NCBI RefSeq assembly: GCF_009914755.1
Contig: NC_060941.1
DNA from: the human T2T-CHM13v2.0 reference genome, Homo sapiens
Reading direction: 5' to 3' (one strand)
DNA: 64,000 bases
The position numbers and the translations under genes were made by a program. Position 1 is the first letter of the stretch, and the number at the start of each line of letters is the position of its first letter. Positions 58,426 through 64,000 of the stretch are shown piece by piece. A model generated the notes under the pieces. The model was not told where the DNA came from and made no database searches. It was given only the letters and a program-made list of their open reading frames with translations.

Positions 58426-58459
58426 TTAACCCATGCCTTTCTCTTGTCATTTCTTGCAG
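58426..58459 (+). promoter_or_regulatory. MSI2: Branch point, polypyrimidine tract and 3' splice site of the MSI2 exon
   Basis: TTAAC (yUnAy, branch A ~58429) lies 30 nt before the CAG at 58457-58459, with a pyrimidine tract between. Confidence 0.8.
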
Positions 58460-58552
58460 ATGGTCACAAGAACAAAGAAAATATTTGTAGGCGGGTTATC
58501 TGCGAACACAGTAGTGGAAGATGTAAAGCAATATTTCGAGCAGTTTGGCAAG
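58460..58552 (+). CDS. MSI2: Internal coding exon of Musashi-2 (RRM1-RRM2 linker and N-terminal part of RRM2 including RNP2 IFVGGL); 93 nt, phase 0/0
   Basis: Translates to [38 protein letters not shown] matches MSI2 (MSI1 has SVNTTVE). Acceptor tttctcttgtcatttcttgcag| and donor AAG|gtaagc. Confidence 0.97.
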
Positions 58553-61015
58553 GTAAGCGCTGGATGGGGTTGGATGGCACATGCCAGAAGTAGCCTCATC
58601 AGTCCTAAGAAGAGGCTACCGTGGCCCCCGCCCCTGCTACAGCTGTGTCCTCAAGAACCTTGTCCTTGAACCTGGCCATCATGATTTAAGTGAAATTCAG
58701 CAGAAGCTGAGATGGAAGAGTCTGGCTTGCATTTGGTGTGATGTCCCACGTGCTGGCAGGAGCAGACAGAGTGGCCTTTTAGTGCAGTTTTGCGGGCATT
58801 TGCTGGCCACACGGGGCCTGGGCTGGGAGCTGGTGGTGACGGCAGCTGGGGAGGGATGTGGGGCTGTGACTCGCAGGGCAGGAGCTCCCATGGAAGCTGC
58901 TAGAGGCCTGCAGGTTGGTGCTGGGCTTCTCCCTTCTGTGCCTGTTTGGAAAATGCATTGAGAGCTGAGTCTCCCTGGGGCCCTTTGCAGCTGAACCCTC
59001 CCCTGTCAAATGCCCAAGGAGACTCGGAAACCATGCGAGGCCTGTACCTGTCAGCATTCTCTGACCTGAATGTCTGTGAGACAGCAGTAAAATTACCCCC
59101 TGGGCTCTGCTTCTGGAACAGGCTGGGACCAACCCAAGAGCCCCACAGCAGCCAGGAAACAGAGTGTGAGAAGGTGTGTGTATGATAGAGAGTCAGACCG
59201 ACTGATAGGACATGTCACCGTGGGTGAGGTGTTTAATTCGGCCTCTTTCTAGTGGGTGAAGGGAGATGGTGCCTTGAGAGTGGGTTCTTGCTGAGGATGA
59301 CACATTCCTCAGATGGCCCTGTTGCCTTAGGAGGGCTGACCCTTGTTGGCTTTTGTGTATACCACCCTCCTCTGGCCCCTGTGGAAATGGCAGGTTCAAG
59401 GAGGCTGCGTCCTGCATCTTTGAGTAATTGTGGACATCGCGTGGGAGCCCAGGTCTGGGACAGTCTCCTCCTGACAGGTTTGGGTCTTCCCTGCTGAAGG
59501 GCTGACATGGGAGAGAGCTGCTGAGGCGTCCTGAGAAGACACAGTGCCCGTGCTAAGCTCCATCACTTGTTTCCTCCCACGATGGGTGTCGTGCTTGCCA
59601 TGGGTACAAAGGCACAGCCACCCACTGGCCAGGCTGAAGGTTCTGTGCTGTTGGTTTGCCCAGGGTGATAGGCAGCTATGACCCTGTCCCCAGGTGTGTC
59701 TGTTTGTGAACTACTGTCTGGGATGAGGGCCATGACCTTTATTCAGCCTCAAAATGGAGATGTTCTTGTCTCTGGTATTAATTTCTGCCTGGATAGGCGA
59801 CCGTGCAACAAAGAGAAGCCAGCCTCCTCCAGCCCAGCCTTGCATTCTGAGTGGCTCTGAGCTGCCCTTCCAGGTTGGTTTTGAAAAGGCCTCCCCCATG
59901 GCCCTTTCTGGTATTGTCAGCTGGGGATGGATTCATTCTGGCTGGGTCTAAAGAATAGCCAAGTGTGTTGATGACTGTGTACGTTATAGCACTTCTCTCT
60001 TCCAGACTGATGTAAAGCAGTAAGGGGGATTTGTCCATCACCCAGCCCCACCCTGCCTAGGGAGAGGGATTGGAAATAATTAAATGAGACAGGTCCGGCT
60101 TGCATAATGGAAAGCTCTGGAGGGTGAGCCCTCTTTGCTATCTTTCTGCTTTTAAAACAAGTCCAGGGGTAGTGTTTGCAAACATGAAGTGGGATTTCTT
60201 TTTCGAGCCATAACCTGCCTTGGAATCTCATGGGCCTATTTGTGTCAGAAAAGTCGGTGCTGCCCAGATGGGCTTTTAGAGTATTCCAGACAGGCTTCTA
60301 CTTGCCAACACATAGCACATCTCTGCACGTCCCCAACCCTTGGTTTCTTTCTGTCTCTCTCTCTCTCTTTCTTCCTTTCTGTATTTCTGTTTCTCTCTCT
60401 GTTGTTTTTCATTAACACTTATCATTGTGACCCAGTATGCCTCCAGTAAGACACACTGCAAGCTTTGGCCATGCCCACAGTGGCCACCATTGCTGCCCTT
60501 AGAACAGTTGTCCTTTTGTCTGAGAAGCAGTCACAAACCATCTTCCCTGGCATGGCACTCGCTGGGTCTGAAGCTGCCCAGTTAATTTTGCAGTAATGTT
60601 TGTGGACTCTGGCAGGATGTGCAGACTTATCAAGTGTTTTATTAAAAGACCAAAGAGGCTTTTGAATGTATCAAAGCCATAATGCTCTTCAATGCTCATA
60701 TTTTAGTAGCTTTTTTTTCATACATAGGTTCTGTGCATTATTTGTGTCTGTCTGCAGAATGGCTTATTTCTCATTTGGCTGGTGGCTTGTGTTACTGTGT
60801 GTGTCCCCTTGGGCAGGACTCACCACCTCTCAGGATTCTGGCATAACTTATTTGAATCCAGAATGATCAAAGTCAGGGAGACTCTGCTGCTGGGCCTTGG
60901 GAGCACTACAATGATTAAATCCAGTGGTTGTGAAAGGAGGTAACAGGTAAATTGACAGACTGCCTCTCCCCTTCGGTACTTTATACTCTGGTTGAAGGAA
61001 ACAGAATGAATGTGT

Positions 61016-61016
<1 letters not shown>

Positions 61017-61047
<31 letters not shown>
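61017..61047. repeat. (CA)n microsatellite
   Basis: Seen directly. Confidence 0.95.
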
Positions 61048-61052
<5 letters not shown>

Positions 61053-62275
61053 TGAAGTATATTCACACACATGTGTACACCCCCTGTGCACACACATTTC
61101 TAACTGTATGAAATTGTTTTTGACTCTCTTTAACCAACTGCAATTTAATGAGGTGTATGCGAGTGCAAAGTGTGGGATACTAGGCCAGGCCATTTACTCA
61201 CATTATCTCATTTAATTTTTCTCTGGGGGGCTGGTAGTGGTATTCTCCATGTTGTAGACTGTTAAGTGGGGTCTTGATGGGATTGTCTCTTGGACTCAAG
61301 GTCACAGCTCTCCAGGAGGTAGAGCTGGGTGTGGACTCCCCCTCCAGGCTTGTCTGATAACAGCATCTGAACTCTGCACCCTGTGCCAACTGCTGATCAG
61401 TCCCCAAGATGGACTGACGATGGGCAAGATGCAAAGGACAGGAAGATATTGTGCCCTTCAGTGTGCCCCGGAGTGCTGGGGACCTGGACATTCATCACCT
61501 CATTTTACCTGTGCAGCAGATATTGGTATCCTCCAGTCTATTTGGCGAAGGTAGACAGTCAGGGCCAGGGAGGCTGAGTGTCAGCAGAGGTCACCCAGGT
61601 AAGACAGTGTAAGAGCCAGAATTCATACCCTACTTCCTTTTCCTCCAAGTCTAGAACTTTCCTTTCACAGCTTCCATGCAAGGTGTACCACTCTCTTTTT
61701 AGGTCTCCTTGCCGTCATTCCTCTCTCCTCTCCCTCATCCCATCCTGCCCGAGGTGGCAGCTTCTCCAACTGTTTATTTCAGGTGGCAATCAAGATGGGT
61801 AAGACTGCTATCAAGGGGCTGAGCTAAGGGAGTTTAAATATGTCATTACTGTAAGTGGAGTGGGTACAGAGTGACACACCGGGAGCTTTAAATAACTTAA
61901 ATTGGAGGCTTGTAAACCCTTTTGTGTTTTTCTTCCACCTTCCTCCCAGAAAACACACCCCCTCTCCCCAAGGTTAGAGATGTTGTTACTTGTTTATATT
62001 TAAGATCAGGTCACGAAGCGTGGCCACTGGCATAAGGACTCTGCCAACTGAGGTTAACCGCTAACAGGTTGGCAGAATCCACACGTCACCATGAGCTACC
62101 CAGGGGTGAAGATGGCATTCCCACCCCTGGGTAGCTGTTCCGGGGTTGTCTGTCCTTGGAGAAGGGTAAGGCAGCAGATACTCCAGGGCTTCATGCTGGG
62201 CCTAACAGTGGACTGACCTCCCTGGGACAGCCTGACGGGTTGTTCCTTTGCTGGCCTCGGCTTCTCTTCTCAGGG

Positions 62276-62494
62276 AAGGGGTTGGAAAACTTAAAAAGGG
62301 CCAGATATTAAATATTTGCAGCTTTGCAATCCATGTAGTCCTTGTTGCAGCTACTCACTTCTGCTCTTGTAGGATGAAAGCAGCCATCACCAGCAGGTAA
62401 ACAGATGCATGTAGTTGTGTGCCAATAAAACTTTATTTACAAAAACAGGTGATGAACCAGATTTGGTCTGTGGACCATAGTTTGCTGACCCCTG
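62276..62494. mobile_element. MER58A hAT-Charlie element
   Basis: aggggttggaaaac...gccaataaaactttatttacaaaaacagg...gtttgctgacccctg. Confidence 0.85.
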
Positions 62495-64000
62495 GACTGA
62501 ATTATTCCTGAGGTTAGTTTTAAGCTTGAAAAGTCAGTAATGTAGAAAGTATTCAAACATTAATAGGATGGATAGATTATAATCTAAGGTATCTATAGGC
62601 TATAACCAAAATAATACGTTGTCAGTAGTAATAAGCATGGTATATAATCAGCAGTCTAAACCATGTTAGAGTTTATTTTGGGACTTCATGACGCAGGGAC
62701 AGTGAAGGGATTCTTTATTTGGAAAAAGCCACTATTTATAAACTGGAACTTCATCCTATGAGTAAGAGCCAGAAAAACTGTTATAGTATTTCCATCTCCC
62801 TATTTCACCAGCTAGATGTAATTAATGACACTCGGAATTTTTGAGGTCCAGGTTTTACTATGAAGATCCTTTTACTGTGCGCTGTTTCTGAATTGGAGTT
62901 ACTGGTGCTAAGCTTTCTAATGCATTTTACAATGTGCTTCTCAAGGGTGTCAAGTGAGATGGTTGGCAGATCTATTATGTAGGTGGTGAGGCTGATGTTG
63001 AGAAAGGTGAGGAAGTTCTCCAAGATCACTCAGCCCATGCTGAGGAGAGCCTGGATAGTCACTTGTTTGTGCACAACCTACCCTTCGCCTCTTTTTACTT
63101 TTATAAAGCCCCACCTCCCACTTTACCACCAAGCAGCATCTTTCTCAGAAGGAGCAGGTTTTGTTCATTTGTCAAAAACGTTGATATACAGTAATTTGTT
63201 TTACTGCCCTGGGTTTCTTAGTGGACGTTATCTGTGTTCCTGATTCCATACACACAGGAATGATGTATATAGGCCATTCCAAAAAATGGCAGGTAAATGA
63301 TGCTCCAGATATGCCCGTGTAGACCCTGGCGACGAGGCGGCCTGTTCTGCACTGTTCTCCCGGCAGAGCCACCCGGAAGAGCCCAGCCTGGTAATTAAAA
63401 TGCACTGGATCAAAGAAACTCCACACACACGGGCTTCCTCCTTCTCCCCTTCAGGCCCCTCCTTCAAGTACCGGTTTCTTAAATTCTCACTTATAGGATT
63501 TTGGAGATCAAAAAGAGGCCTTTAAACTTAATGAATTCTCCGCTTCGTCCCGGATGGAGCGGTTCCGCACCTTTCAGCTGTTCCCGGGAATGATAGGGCA
63601 GCTCAGTGCCGAGCTCGCTAGGTAATTCTCGCTTTCTAGAACTCCTGTGAAAGCAAAGCAGCCCGCATTTGGAGGCTTCCAATTATACTTCACATGGTGA
63701 ACTGTGTAATTAGTTTGGAAGACTTATGCTTAGTCATTGGTTTATCCTAATCGGCTTTGGCTTTCCCCAACAACAAAGTGAGCTTATTTTGCTAAGCTGA
63801 AACGACTCTGCACCCTTTGTTCCTGCCTTTTATTGTCTCATTCCTTTCATTCTGTGTTACTGCCAAAGTTCTGTTTCATTAGGCCTACAAGTCATTTCCA
63901 ATTCAGTGGGCTGCTACAATCCGGCCTTTATCACGGGCTGCTCTGGTTCCCATGTCCCTTCTGGGCCAGTGCCTGAGTTTGTGGTTTGACATGAGGGCTT

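Larger units (their letters stand above)
58553..64000 (+). other. MSI2: 5' part of the following MSI2 intron
   Basis: Starts with GTAAGC; the next RRM2 exon is not in the window. Confidence 0.85.

Noticed and set aside
58511-58515. Musashi binding element GUAGU in the exon (autoregulation)
   Set aside because: A single 5-mer, expected about once per kb and constrained by codons.
58433-58669. 78-aa ORF as a stand-alone gene
   Set aside because: It is the MSI2 exon read through its flanking intron; homology stops exactly at the AG and GT.

Overview
Primate, most likely human, genomic DNA. Almost the whole window is intronic sequence of MSI2 (Musashi-2), transcribed on the + strand. It holds one real coding exon, 58460-58552 (93 nt, [31 protein letters not shown], the start of RRM2), with canonical splice signals. 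The rest is a long-intron mosaic: about 22 Alus, L1M, L2 and MIR fragments, MaLR/ERVL LTRs, Tigger and hAT-Charlie DNA transposons, and micro- and minisatellites. All other listed ORFs look spurious. The most unusual signal is repeated local DNA copying and fold-back structure: (i) two ~115-bp copies, 6.3 kb apart, of an unrecognised element with terminal inverted repeats and internal hairpins; (ii) a templated fold-back insertion inside an L1 that forms a 76-nt hairpin; (iii) an 83-bp LTR-junction copy 1.7 kb from its source; (iv) three tandem duplications just upstream of the exon; (v) a pair of strong hairpins downstream of the exon. Repeat subfamily names come from remembered consensus sequences, and repeat boundaries are approximate unless target-site duplications (TSDs) fix them.
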